DNA of 64,000 bases, taken from NCBI RefSeq assembly GCF_964204645.1, contig NC_134027.1, forward strand, positions 5,922,485 through 5,986,484. Direction: 5' to 3'. The stretch's first letter is position 1, and each line of letters opens with the position of its first letter. This stretch comes from Tubulanus polymorphus. Taxonomy: Eukaryota; Animalia; Nemertea. Under the pieces are notes generated by a model. The model did not search any database. It was given only the letters and a program-made list of their open reading frames with translations, and was not told the origin of the DNA. This document shows, in pieces, positions 13,301 through 26,258 of this stretch. The translations under genes and the position numbers were made by a program.

Positions 13301-16300
13301 ACCGTTTTCTAAGGAATGATTAGGATTATTCGTTTTCTATTGAGATTTATGGTGTTTTTTTTAGATGAAATCGTGTTAGATGTTTGAATTATCATTAAAC
13401 ATCATGATTCTCTATAATTAAGACTCACCTATCAGTCATTTTGATGTTTTACTTTCTTCAAACCATTTATTGTCTACAACCTTAAGCAAAAGTATGTATA
13501 AAATGCACTTCATTTGGGAATTTTTGCGATTGATAATAGAAGACAAGAGTCGATATTACAGGAATAATTTGTTGAAAATTAGAGATCTTTGATTATTTCA
13601 TTTAGAATTCAAATTCCGATTTCATTGCCTATATTACATGAAAAACCTGAATTTGGCTTTTCTCATACGTAATAACGAGCAATTTCAAATCCCGTCAATT
13701 GATCCAAATCATGCCACGGCGCAGAAAGGCATGCAATAAATAGGAGAAATGTGGTCTCAGAATATTATCGCCGATAAGCGATATTTGATGTCACCTTATG
13801 AAATCTACCAGAACCCGATCAACACAAAAGCATTCATCGCCTTTTTTCGTTAGCGTGACAAAATAAATGGTCCTACTTACCGGTATCAACAGTGAGAAGA
13901 TGACGTTTCGTTTTTCATTACTATGATTTCGCGTGTCGTGCATTGATAGCATTGTAGTATTTGGCGTTATTGATAATCACCATGACGTCGACGAGGAAGA
14001 AAGAAATCGGTCACTGTTACGTAGCGAGGCCTAGAAGATCTCTCCCATTTGGCGTTTTGACTCAATTCTGAGTTTTCAGTGGAAATGGTGGCTCATATTA
14101 AAAATTGAGTTGAAAAGTCAAATTCCCCCTTAGTTTTTCTTCATATTGTGGGTTTTTCTTCAATTAGATTCGGTAGTCGCTTGTCTATGGATACCAACAT
14201 ATCCCAATAATTGTAATGCAATCACGATGGAAATAGTGTTTTCACGAAGAAAAAAGTAACGTACGTAAACTTGTGACTAATTTCAGGCTATCGAGACGAA
14301 GTGAGTTCTTATTCTAAACACAATAAAGCGTTACCCTCCAATATTTATTCTCTGAAGACTTGGACTTGCGCTCGAAGGATACGCGACGTGTAGTGCACTT
14401 CGCGACAGTAATTTCTGAATTAGGACAATGTCTAATAGTATACTGTAGACAAGAGATGTTCGGTTGTCGAGATTTTATGACGGCGAATCAGCTAATAAAA
14501 GAGATTGCCTGACGGATGGAAATAAATCTGTTCTCTTGTCTGCTGTCGATTTGGTTATCGCAAAAAGTGTCACGTATCTATGTAACTACCATTGACAGGG
14601 CTTTATTGCTAGGCCCTGTGGTTCGATGTATTTAATGAACATATATTGATTCATCTTATCCGACAAATATCGTATATATGAATATATTGGTTTTTGGGCT
14701 CGATCATTTCTACCGAATAATAACTATATTTTATCGGCAATCAGAGATTAATGAAATGATATGAAGATATGAATTTACTTGCAGTTCGTTGTCTACCGAA
14801 CTATTTTTGCTTCATAAATTTACTTTACAAAACACAAATTTGAAGTTCAGAATCAAATCGAAGTCATTTTGGGCCTTGGACCATGACCAGTTACAAATTC
14901 AAGAAAAGAAAAAAGTTCAAAGGACAGCCAAGTATTATCTATTTACGCAATGTGTACAATGTGACAACCAATACATAAGGTAATATAAAACTGTGGTTTC
15001 AGAAAAAACAAGGCTTGTATGAACTGAAACCCAATGAACTGTAGTTGATTAATGGAGAACTGTTGTGCAAATTTAACTGCGATAAAAACAGAGATCCTAT
15101 ATGAGGGCCTTATGACTTTTTTTGAAATAATTTACGTAGACCAGAGTCTATTAGAGCTGCTCTTCTCATAATGGAATAGCTATAATGGGAAAGATTATTG
15201 ATAGCATTGGTTGATTTACATGCAAAACTCCACAAAATATTTTAGAAATGATACATTCTATGAGCTGTGTATCCACTTGGGACTGTGGATTTACACGTAC
15301 TCAACAACATTACTGAGATGATCTCAATGATCCGGGAAACTAAGCAAGCGCTTTTCTGACCATGAAAATGACATCATTTCGTTAGTCAACGAAGTAACGC
15401 TGGACGCGTGACAAGAATCTACCAAATGACCCAGAACTAAAGGGCTTTTGGTAATCGAAGCAGACTGTGTAGGTGTTGACCAACATTTACTTAAGTCCGT
15501 AAACTTAAGTGAAAGAACTGTAAATTAATTCCGAACACCAATCAAAACAGCGCAGTGCAGTTTCCTGCCCATAAATCCCAGAAATCACAAGCTTTTATGC
15601 TTACTAAATAGGCGAATTGCATCAGGATGAGAATTAATATGCGTAAACGATCTTCCGAAGTCTAATTGAAAATGCCTCACAACGACCGCATTAAGTCATA
15701 AAATCCATCTTTATTTGATTCTGTGTTTAGTCAGTCGTTGGTAGACGGATTAGCTTAACGCGCATTTAGTGCACATTGCCATTTTATCTTATGCCCAAAT
15801 AGTACAGCTGAGCCAATTTTGTTAGCAAATACCAAACAGTTTAGTTGCCAGATAGGGAATCTGAGAATATAGTTGGACGCTCGCATCGTGTCTGATTTGT
15901 ATTAAATCTACAGCATGATGCGTTCTGCCATATATATATATATATATCATTTCGTTCACATTTTTTTCAAAGTCCTTCTGTTATAGGCCTACATATACGT
16001 ACGTCATACTGCCTGCCACCTAACGAAACTGGAGAAGTTGCTTTCCTATATTAATGTAGATAGTGTGGTGAAGATACGTATGGATAATACATTGCCGAAT
16101 AGATATTCCGTTGAATATAGCAAAAGGAAAATCAGCCTCGGTATGTATTTTGTAAGATGAGCCAGTCAATTTAAATTCGGGAAAGACGGAATGAAATTTT
16201 GGGAATTTTCACGCTAGCATGGACTCTAAAACGAACGTTTTACGGTCCATGGTTCTAGTAGTAATTTACTCCCTTTTCCGTTTTGTTATTGGAGGTTCTC

Positions 16301-18189
16301 CATATCATTTAATTCTTTTTCTTATCATCTGATTTCAACTTGCATATGGAGACCCCGAACTGTCTGTCTGTCTTCAAATAATTATGACATTATGTTATGT
16401 TCATTTTGTCGTAAAAGTTTAAATACTTTAACAATAAAGTTTATATAGGACTAATCAAGATTGTTTGTAAACACGCATACCACTTAAACAAGGTGTTTTA
16501 CCGACCCCGATTCATCCGAATACATAAAGACGATCTGGATTTTTGTAATACGTGAATTATACACCGACGTATTTATGCAGGATTTGTAATTCATCTAAGT
16601 GAAAGCGTGGGTAAAATCACTTTTTGATTCACACGATTCGCAGACGCTGACAACTCAGCACTGTCTATACGACTTGAAGTGAGAGGGAAAAGGCGTAAAA
16701 GCGACAGATCTGGTGAAGGCAGCAGTTGCACAGTCGTGCGCTGGAATATCTACGGTAAGTAAGCTATACATCTTGGAAACAAATCTATTTGTTTCGGCGT
16801 TCATTAGTCATTCGTCTTTTGATATGAGAAAAATGATTGATTCTATCTAAGGTCAACGAAATCTTTCGTCAAATTGACGACAGAGATATTTAGAAAAAAT
16901 TCGAAGAGTTTATTTGTTTTATGATTATTCTAATAGATAGCGAATAATCAAATAAGACTTATGCTCTGATTTAATTATTGGAATGACCTATAATATTGGC
17001 TAAGTAAATAGAAAGTGACTAGGGTATTTTCTTAATAGTCCAACCATACCGGTTATTGGAAAGTTACCTGATAAAGACGTCGATCCAATAAAATATATGT
17101 TTGCCTACTTGTACCTCCATATATATTTAGTTCTTCATATGGAAAATGAAAATTCGAGCAAGAAGTTGTGTGGGACCGTTCAGTTATGTTTTAACTTCCA
17201 AGTAGTGAAATCTTCTATCCATTCGTTTAAGTTCGTAATTTCTGGGACAAACCAGAGGAATAATCGATCAAATTTATGAAACATTTAAACAAAAGGACTT
17301 CAAGTGATTTCAAAATTGCAGTTAGAATTCGTTTTTACATATTTGTATACCTATTCGTCTGGATTTAAGCATTCCTGCTAAACAATTAATCAGTATAAGC
17401 TCCAGGATTACCAGTCAGTTATAAATGGCTTGTTGTCTAATTGACCGCTTGAATGTACAGCACTGGTCAGTCACTAAGCAACTTACGTGTCACAAACATT
17501 ACCTGCGTTGACACTATATACTACATAGGACAGTAAGTCTTATTTTCTATCATTCTGTCAAATGGAAAGATTAATTATGAAATTTAGGTGAGTTTTGTAA
17601 TATTTCATTTATATTTCCACCAAAGATATATAATCTTTGTACCTTTATTTTTTCAAGCAACATTGAAAATTTTTTCCAAACATCATTTGAAAGAAATATT
17701 CAGCATGAATTGTTGTTGAATGAGGTTGGAGAATGGGACAAGTGACTAAATGAAAACGTCACGTTTGAATCCGTGTAACCATTTCTATCGTTGTCATAGC
17801 ATCACGCTTTATCAACATCCGTATAACATACCGCTAATGTAGAATCGATAACTGAGTTAGAACGATTTATCTAAAATGTCGAGACAAACGGTTCATATAA
17901 CGCCATAATTGTATCGTCATATCGGGATTATAACATAGGTCGGTTGTATTGTACGTACGTGAGTCCTCTTTTCAATCTTATCAAGATCTCTCAAAAGCAG
18001 CAGATACAAATATTCGTAATTATATGGCGGTGTGTTTAACCTATCCATTGGGAAGTGGGTTTTATTCTAGAGCAGGATCACTGCTGCTCGGCAACGATTT
18101 GGGCGAACTGAGATATCAAGCATTACTCAAAATGTACTTATTGTTGGTTTTTCAGGTAAACGTTTTGTACTGGTTCCGATGCTACATAT

Positions 18190-20184
18190 ATGATGGCAGC
18201 GGCGGACGTGGAAATACAACTTCTTCACAACATCCCTGCAGCTCCTGAAGATGCCCGACAATGTCGGGAGGTATACCCGAGGTGCGAATCGGAGATGTCC
18301 GACTTAGGTTTAGAATGGCTGTTTAGCCCGGATAATTACGACCACCTTACTGTCGAAGAGCAGCTTAAACTGTATAAACAACGCGATCTAACTAAAACTA
18401 AGATATTTAAATTCGCGACAAAAATATTTTGGGAACCGCGCAGTCGAAAACGAGTCATTACCGCCACAAGTAAAGAACAGCTCAGAGGTGATCCTAATCT
18501 GAATGATAAAACACCATGGACAGCTGACATCAGAAAACAAGTACCGAAACCAGTGCCACCGACAAAAGAAGAACTGATCGCCCGGGTGGAGGCCGATAAA
18601 CGCGCGGAGTTCAAAAATTGGTTAGATGGCCGTAAGGAATTGCGAAGTAAAATAGATAGTCTCGGTCTGACGGAGGAATTACTGCAGAAGAAGAAGGATC
18701 GTACCCCAATGGAGCAAAGACTTCTATCACGTATGATTGAAGAGAGGCAGCCGAAAGTCCCAACTCCAGAACCTGAGCCGGAAAAGCCAATAGTTACCAG
18801 AGTCGGTGAGGCTCAGATACGTAGACCGTGTCCGGAGTCATTGATAATACTAGAAAAATATCTAAAAGAAAAGAAGCTACGCTTGTTGGACTTGTTTGCT
18901 TTTGCTGATAAAGACAAATCGTGGACAATTACGATGGATGAATTCAGAGATGCGATCAAAAAAGCAGAAATCCCACTCAGCGGTCAATTGCTCGAAGATC
19001 TAATCATGTCTCTGGATTCGGACATGAATAATGAGTTGGATTATCGAGAACTAGCAAAGGGCATCAGTCAGTTCAAACAAGAGCAAAGACAAACCCGCAG
19101 AAAGCAGGCCGCCTTGGAAAAAATGCAAGGCAAGAGATCGCGCTCACACATGGAAAGATCAGCTCCGGTTCCTCTCGAAACAGATTTCATTCATAAAAGC
19201 AACACATATCCGGAAATGGAGAAACGGAGCGACGTTCAACAGGGCATCGATCTAATCGAAGAGAAGCGAAAAGTTGAAAAGGCAAATGTTCTATCAACAC
19301 CTCCGAAAGACACGACAATGAAAGAGCGGTTCGTTATGAAAACCGAAGAGGAAATGGTGGATATAAGGAAACAAACAAGAACGGTGCTGAGTAAAACAAA
19401 ACCTGCACCGTCGTCAACTGGTGCAATGAAAACCGATTTCCTACACGACCGCAGTATGATCAAAATTGGACACAAAGGTATAGATGATCACTGTAGACCA
19501 TCGACGCTAGACGGTGAAGTTGGTATACAAATTGATAAGTTTCGGCAGGCGCGTCTACTGGAGTACCATAATGTCATCGCTTTATGCAAAGAACGCAATG
19601 TTAAGTTAAACGAAAAACTTCTCGGAAAAGTATTGCTTTATCCCCCTGAAAAACCGCGAGCTGTGCTCCGTAAGAAATTACGGCAGCCTGGCACGGGACT
19701 TTTTTCGTCAACATTTCTCATGCCACCTAAGCGCCCACCGACACCCCAGCAATGTAAACGGTCCAAAACTGGAAAACTGTTGATCGATGGTCGGTACTTG
19801 TACCCGCCGTATAAACAAGTTAAACCAGTCGGGCGCCGAGTGCAACTACCGACGGGTAAAGCAGTAATCAAACGGCAAGTAGACTGTTGGATGACTTTCG
19901 AGGAATACTGCAAGTTAACAGAAACGTTAACTACACATTACAAAGACAAGTACGGTTCGCAAAACGAAAATGCGTTCTGGCCGGGTCATTTAGAAAACAA
20001 AATCAAACTTGTTATAGATGGCCCAGTGGATAGTGCATCGCGGGTGGCTGCAGCGTTCCAGCCTATAACTAGTGGGGTACGCTCGAATTATGGGTATGAT
20101 AATGACTTGAATACATGGCCAGTTGGTGCCAACGGTTATGTTCAATATGGAACCTTAGAACCATTCACTATATATAAAAGATAA
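18190..20184 (+). CDS. EFCAB12: EF-hand calcium-binding domain protein 12-like (664 aa, single coding exon)
   Basis: Uninterrupted ORF with paired EF-hand loops (DKDKSWTITMDE, DSDMNNELDYRE). N-terminal KQRDL...PRSRKRVI and C-terminal FWPGHL resemble EFCAB12 as I recall it. Acceptor ttttcag at ~18155 and donor g|gtaagt at ~16755 suggest a non-coding first exon. Confidence 0.75.
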   Translation: MMAAADVEIQLLHNIPAAPEDARQCREVYPRCESEMSDLGLEWLFSPDNYDHLTVEEQLKLYKQRDLTKTKIFKFATKIFWEPRSRKRVITATSKEQLRGDPNLNDKTPWTADIRKQVPKPVPPTKEELIARVEADKRAEFKNWLDGRKELRSKIDSLGLTEELLQKKKDRTPMEQRLLSRMIEERQPKVPTPEPEPEKPIVTRVGEAQIRRPCPESLIILEKYLKEKKLRLLDLFAFADKDKSWTITMDEFRDAIKKAEIPLSGQLLEDLIMSLDSDMNNELDYRELAKGISQFKQEQRQTRRKQAALEKMQGKRSRSHMERSAPVPLETDFIHKSNTYPEMEKRSDVQQGIDLIEEKRKVEKANVLSTPPKDTTMKERFVMKTEEEMVDIRKQTRTVLSKTKPAPSSTGAMKTDFLHDRSMIKIGHKGIDDHCRPSTLDGEVGIQIDKFRQARLLEYHNVIALCKERNVKLNEKLLGKVLLYPPEKPRAVLRKKLRQPGTGLFSSTFLMPPKRPPTPQQCKRSKTGKLLIDGRYLYPPYKQVKPVGRRVQLPTGKAVIKRQVDCWMTFEEYCKLTETLTTHYKDKYGSQNENAFWPGHLENKIKLVIDGPVDSASRVAAAFQPITSGVRSNYGYDNDLNTWPVGANGYVQYGTLEPFTIYKR

Positions 20185-21740
20185 GTACAAACGAACTGTG
20201 CGAGGTTATACGGAGCTGGCCCGATATTCAGGGAGACTGTTATTTTGCGGTACCGGTACAAACATTTCTTTCATAAGAAATGTGCAGCAGATTTCCACGT
20301 TAATGCAATTTTTCCTTCAGTGTAAGACAAAGTTATAATATAATACCAGCTCCCCTAAAACTTGACAACCAAAGACCTATTTTGAATGGAATTACATGTA
20401 CACTCTATTTGTAAAATTTTGCCCTTTTTTAAAATACTGATCAAAAGCTACTTGTTCCTGACAATTGTCACGGCAGAGCCTGTATTCTAGTCGATATAGG
20501 TTATTTTTAATATTCGAGGGTATACTCATTCTACGCTGCTAGTCTATTATTCCGAACGATATTTCTAGGCCAAAAATGCAATTGTGAAAGAAATAAACTC
20601 GTTTGTAAAAGCCAAAAAGGATCTATTTTGTATACATGGATATACATTGACTTTGCTGATATGACCTTAGATTTGTCCCTGCTTGATGATCGTTTTAGCT
20701 CAAAATCAACAAAATTTTAACTTATCACCAGTCTTCCAGTTTTTGATCGATCGGGCTTCACGTGTTCAGGATCTCACATCAAGCATAATATTACCTAATA
20801 GATGACTTACTAACAAATACATGACATTTTCTCACTCACCAGCCAAGAATTCACTTTCGCGGTAGAATTGCAGATCGACATATAACAACTATATGCCAAA
20901 AATGGATAGAAACGGCTATGAAGAAAAAACAAAATATATTGGGTCTTTAATCGTTTTATTTGTCCTACTCTTTATCTTATAATAGGTATTGCTTATAGAA
21001 GCTACTACGAAAAACTTAACTTATAAATTAAACTAGTTTACGTAGGAATAACAGAAAAACACGAAAAGCATTCATTTCTCTATTACACCAGAGAAATAAC
21101 CTGTAAATCAGGGATATACGTGTATTCAAAAGCTTATAAAGCCTCGTTTTCCGAAGTTTTTCTTGTATATGTTGGTGATGAATTTGCCTCAAATAAAATT
21201 TAGCATTATTTTTCCTTTTATAAAGGTAATTAATTACATACATTTTATAGTAATTCATGTTTTCGGACGAAAATTATAATGCCTTCAAAAAATACAATAT
21301 TGGCTGTTTTTCAAAAAAGTAATAAAACATTTAAGAAAATTTAATGAATACATAGCACATATCTTTTTTATATATGAAGCACAATATTAATGAACCAGCA
21401 TTTACTTTTCTTATCAAGAGAAGTACCATGATCTGGAATGACTCCAATAGGGCAAGATGCAATTGAACAGACCTTGAATGTAGTTGTTTCACACTGAAAG
21501 CACCAGTTTAAACTAGGCTGATCTTCACCAAATCCAAAACCACTACTAGGAAGGTAGTATCGCATGTGTAATTTTCTAAGTATTTGCAAAGCATTTATTG
21601 CTCTTTACCGGTAACAGAAAGCGTCTTACATTCTCTGAATACAGATAATTCAGTGATTATTATACTCTAAATATATAAAGATAATTAAAATGAAAGATTT
21701 TTTTTTGTTATGCAAACGTGAGCGCGTGTTAATGAGATCT

Positions 21741-21777
21741 TCTTGGAGTAATCATTTGACAAATGATTACTCCAAGA
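21741..21777. repeat. Perfect 18-bp inverted repeat with 1-nt spacer
   Basis: tcttggagtaatcatttg-a-caaatgattactccaaga, flanked by direct repeat atgagat (21732-21738, 21777-21783). Confidence 0.85.
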
Positions 21778-21962
21778 TGAGATATACACGTTTAAATATT
21801 TTCTGATATAATGAATATTGTCGTTGGTACAAATATAAACTACATGAACTAAATCTACACCTTCGAAAGTTGAAATTTACTAGACATATCAAAAGCGGTG
21901 AAACAATTCTCAACTTGACGTGTGAAACAAATAACACTGCGGTATTCTATGAGCGATTGTCT

Positions 21963-24588
21963 CTATTTGGAAACTTGATGCATGGCATGTGCCAGGTATT
22001 CAACATTGGTCGAGGCGACACCAGCAACCGATATGCGACCATCTTTCGTCAAATAGACCGAAAAATCATTGATCATACGTTCGACCTGAAATGATAAACC
22101 ATGCGACGTCGTATAAAACTTCGAAACCCAACATTAAAATGGATCGTGAATAACGAAAGGATGAACTACGAACCTGCTCCGGTTTCAATCCAGTAAAGCA
22201 AAACATGCCGATCTGATCGGTGATGTGTTGCCAGTTGTGACTCGATCCTTCTTTCTTCAAGTTATCGACGAGTTGTTGTCTCATTGAGATGATACGATCT
22301 GCCATACCTTTAACATCTTTTAACCTAAATACACAAATTATCCAGTTAAATTCTCAGTTGAGCCGATACAGGGTTCCAACGAATCCGGCAAGTTAGAATT
22401 TTTTCAAAACTTTAGCGGTCCATTTTCGTGTAATTTTGAATGATGCCACTCCGATTACAGATAATAAACAGAAGAATCTCAACATGAAAAAAAAATTTTC
22501 TTTCGGCTTCTTGAAATATCTTGTTTATACACTTTTCAGGGGTAGATCCGAGATTTTAGAATAGAGGTATAGTATATTCTATTACTACACAGGTGAGTGT
22601 AGCATTTTGTTTCAGAATGGCAGGTGATCTCAATCACAGAGATCTAGTGTTCGCTTACATACCATTGCTGTTTCAGATCCGGGCTACCAAGAATTGTTGT
22701 GACAAGACGCGCTCCATACATCGGCGGGTTCGAATACATTGGTCGGATAAGAATCTTCAATTGAGATAAAACCCGAGCAGCTTCATCTTTATCTTTACAT
22801 ATGACAGTGAAAGCACCAACTCTCTCACCTAGGAGAATAGAATGAGAAATATTTGCCAAAAAAATAGACTTCTCAGATAAACTACCTTCATCAATCATGC
22901 GGACACATACCATAAAGTCCCATGTTCTTTGCATATGATTGGCAAAGAGAAACATTCAAGCCTTCTTTGACGAAATGCCTTACTGCAAAAGCATCTTTAA
23001 CAGTGTCCCCACTGGCAAAGCCTTGATATGCCATATCAAAGAATGGGTAGAGATTCTTCTTTTTGAACAACGCAGCCATTTCTTTCCATTGTTCAGCCTA
23101 AAGAGTAATAAATAAACATTGTCCATTCAAATGATACTTCACATCACAAAGATTGTATTGGTAATCATCCCATATTTTTGATAAGAGCAACAAAATCAAG
23201 AGGCATCAACAAACCTTTGGGTCAACACCAGTTGGATTGTGGGCACAAGCATGAAGACAGACAACTGATCCTTCTGGCATATTCTACAAATATATTACAA
23301 TAAACAAATACACAAATTCATCAACAAATGTTCATCAGTTTTCAAAAAGTATTCAAAATGTATGGTTACTAAAATCATCCGGCACATACCTTGAAGTCCT
23401 CCATGGCTCCGTTGAAATCGAATCCAATTGTCTTGGGATCATAGTATCTATACTGCTTGACGCCAAGACCAGCGTGCCTGGAAAACATCAGCAGCCAATC
23501 AAATGAAATCATCTTAAATGATGATTTTAAGTTTTAAACTTAAATTTTAAACTCACGTGAATACAGCCCTGTGATTTCCCCATGATGGATTTGGTATGTA
23601 GAAGTCTTTTGAATCTGTACAAAACTTTTGCTGTGAAAAAACGAATGCCACTACTTGCAGTTAACGTCAGGAATATCTACAAGTGAAAGACCGTCGGAGC
23701 AGTCCCCACTAAATTGATGATGTGAAGTCCAGTACTTACAAAGAAAGCGGCTCCAACTCTCAGAGCACCAGTTCCAGAAAGTGTTTGGGTAGTTACATTC
23801 TGGAAAAAAGTAATCAGGCGCATTAAATGCGTTTACACCAACACGGCATTAAGGTATTTACATGTAATTTACACATAGTTTTTACATGTGTAAATATCAC
23901 TTACTCTTCCTTCTTTTAAGGGAGCGCTATCCTCACCAAACGCTAGTTCAGCTGAATATTTGCAGAGTTCTGGCATTCCAGTGATACCCAAGTACTCGTG
24001 GTCAAGCTTCTTATCCATAACGACCTTTTCTGCCTGTATCGGATTACAATGGATCAAATGAAACCGTTGAATTGCTTATCAAGATTTGAATTGAAACATT
24101 AATGGAACATGAAAAAACTACATACTGCTCTAACACTGGGGAGAACGAATGGTTTTCCAGCATCATCTCTGTATGCGCCAACACCGAGATTGATCTTTTT
24201 CGGATTTGTGTCTTTCTTGAACGCTTCCGTTACACCCAAAATAGGGTCAGGAGGACCCATCTCAACATTGTCCCATCCACAACTTCAGATAAAAAGATAC
24301 AAAATATTTGTCTTAAGCCTACAATTCGATATCCCTGTCTAAAAATCAAATTCATCGACAATGAGATTAATGAATGATTGAATGACAGACACACACACAC
24401 ACACAGATTAGAATATCTTAATATTAGGTTAGGTTAAACTTTTTTCGTATCAATTTCGGAATACGTATGGAGTAAATATGTAATTCTCACCAATTTCTTG
24501 TTTGCACAGTTCCACTGATGGGCAGTGACCGGCGAGCTAATGCTGTCACAGCACAGATCATTTGTCTGGAAGATTTTTGGAGAGCCAT
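21963..24588 (-). CDS. GOT2: Mitochondrial aspartate aminotransferase (11 coding exons, ~433 aa)
   Basis: Exons 24588-24491, 24282-24126, 24033-23905, 23799-23740, 23630-23557, 23477-23390, 23283-23215, 23097-22911, 22828-22663, 22324-22174 and 22085-21963 splice in frame with GT-AG introns. Motifs: [36 protein letters not shown]-lysine [31 protein letters not shown]. The N-terminus is Arg/Ser-rich and acid-free, like a mitochondrial presequence. Confidence 0.97.
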
Positions 24589-25039
24589 TTTTGGAGTTCA
24601 GGTCACCTTCCTCTACGTCGGTCAGGTAAAACTACCGACTGTTTTCAACTCAGCAGCGACTGATCATCAAAATGTCATCGATCGAGTTCGAATCCCACAA
24701 TATTATATCAGCTATTCTAATATTAGGTGCTATTTTGAATATAATATGCAGACAAACTCGAATCTATAGATTCAAAGACATTGTCCTTATAGATAGCTAA
24801 GATGACATTTATCTTTGGCAACAAAACATTTTTCTCGCGTTGTTCTCAGCCCGCGAGTATTGGCTCGCTCGATCGATGCCTCGATCGATTGATTTCACCG
24901 TGACTCAGTGGCCTTTCCCGATCTGTTTGGCTGCCTCTCGATATCCTCCTGAGTCTGGGTTGAAGTAGACATCGTCATTTGAAATAACCGCTATGTTGAC
25001 CTGTATATATAGATTATGTAGATTCCAACCGGCAAGTCA

Positions 25040-25222
25040 TTTAAAAAGTAACCGGCAGGGGAGCGGTGTTCTTTGTAAATAGCTCTAATTTTGCTCTATC
25101 CTATTATGTTATGTTATCATTTGTCGGTGTCTCTTTCTTTGTATTAATATTTTATTGCCGTGTCTGTCTATGTCCTTTTGTCATTAAAAGGATGCAATAA
25201 ATTTTGAATTCAATTGAATTGA
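25040..25222 (+). repeat. Probable LINE (CR1/L2-type) 3' end remnant
   Basis: T-rich stretch ending in aataaa followed by a short (ttgaa)-like tandem tail; pattern only. Confidence 0.35.
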
Positions 25223-25711
25223 TGCCGTCTCGTGGCGCCACTCTCATCCCAACATTTCGCGGGTAGAATTTAGTGACCGCTAAGCACGTGGCCCTTGCAG
25301 GACTTCAGAAAACCTTGAAGGTAAACTGCTTATAGCCTTTTGACGAATTTATGTCACGTGATTTATGTATGCACTTTACATCCAAAAGTATTTGGAGTTA
25401 CTGGTAGCTGATGTCATGATTTTATTAAGTCAGTAGAAGGGAATATTCCTTTATTCAGTTGGACAACAATCATTCGTATTCACCCCACTCACTCCTCGTC
25501 GTAGTTGTTGTGGACGATAGGTGGCGTCACTACCCTGTCCCTAACTGACTAGAAAGCTTCGTCTAGCCTTCTGTAGTCTGTAATAGAAATGGTGGTCACT
25601 TACTTTTGACGTGTGTTATTAATTCAATATCCGCTAAGATATAAGGTGAATTTTGGTAAAAAAAAGTGAACCATTATGAAATGTCTGTACTGAGTGTTAG
25701 TGGGTGGGAGT

Positions 25712-25988
25712 ATGCTCCACATAACGAGAGAAATCCCACAATAAATTCAGCCAAAACGAGAAACTTGAATAGATGAGTATATATATATATTGCGCAACGT
25801 TTCGGCTAAAGACTATTAGCCATCATCAGGCGTACTGACAACAGGAGAATATTACAAAATATTTATACAAGACCAAAACAATAGAAACTGAGTGACTGAA
25901 TATTCGTTCTGGCTGAATTTATTGTGGGATTTCTCTAGTTATCATCTTACACGGATATTGTGTATCTTCTCGTCTCATGCTCCGCATA
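25712..25988. mobile_element. PLE terminal fragment with inverted ends and intact hammerhead
   Basis: Inverted repeat gagaaatcccacaataaattcagccaaaacga (~25728-25759) / tcgttctggctgaatttattgtgggatttctc (~25903-25934), a ~40-nt tail, and a 12-bp direct repeat atgctcc(a/g)cata at 25712-25723 and 25977-25988. Confidence 0.7.
25793..25832 (-). ncRNA. Minimal type I hammerhead ribozyme
   Basis: Minus strand CGC-CUGAUGA-U-GGCUAA-uagucu-UUAGCC-GAAAC-GUU-GCG; canonical cores, 6-bp stem II, GUU triplet, CGC/GCG stem I. Confidence 0.8.
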
Positions 25989-26258
25989 GTTTCCTAGTCC
26001 TATAAAGATTAGTTTTTATAAGTGTCAGAAAGCAAGTCTCATCTTCAACCAATATAATTTCTGCCCTTTAAACCTGTTTCATAACAAATGGTCCATTGCG
26101 GGAAAAAGACCGAAAAACGTCATTTATTTAATTTTTTCAAAAACATAACTCTGATTTATAGAATGCCTTTTCGAAACAGGACAATTTTATTCCAGAAATT
26201 ATTTTATTTTAGGTCAAGTGTTGATTAAGTTTTGAATAACTGATGAAACGTGTGGATC

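Noticed and set aside
588-17279. Short ORFs (60-131 aa) in the left 17 kb
   Set aside because: No recognisable domains, many use non-ATG starts, and lengths are those expected by chance. 9455-9841 has a hydrophobic stretch but crosses a likely splice donor.
18336-19913. Antisense ORFs over the EFCAB12-like CDS (likewise over the Tudor, dystroglycan and PanK exons)
   Set aside because: Shadow ORFs of real coding frames.
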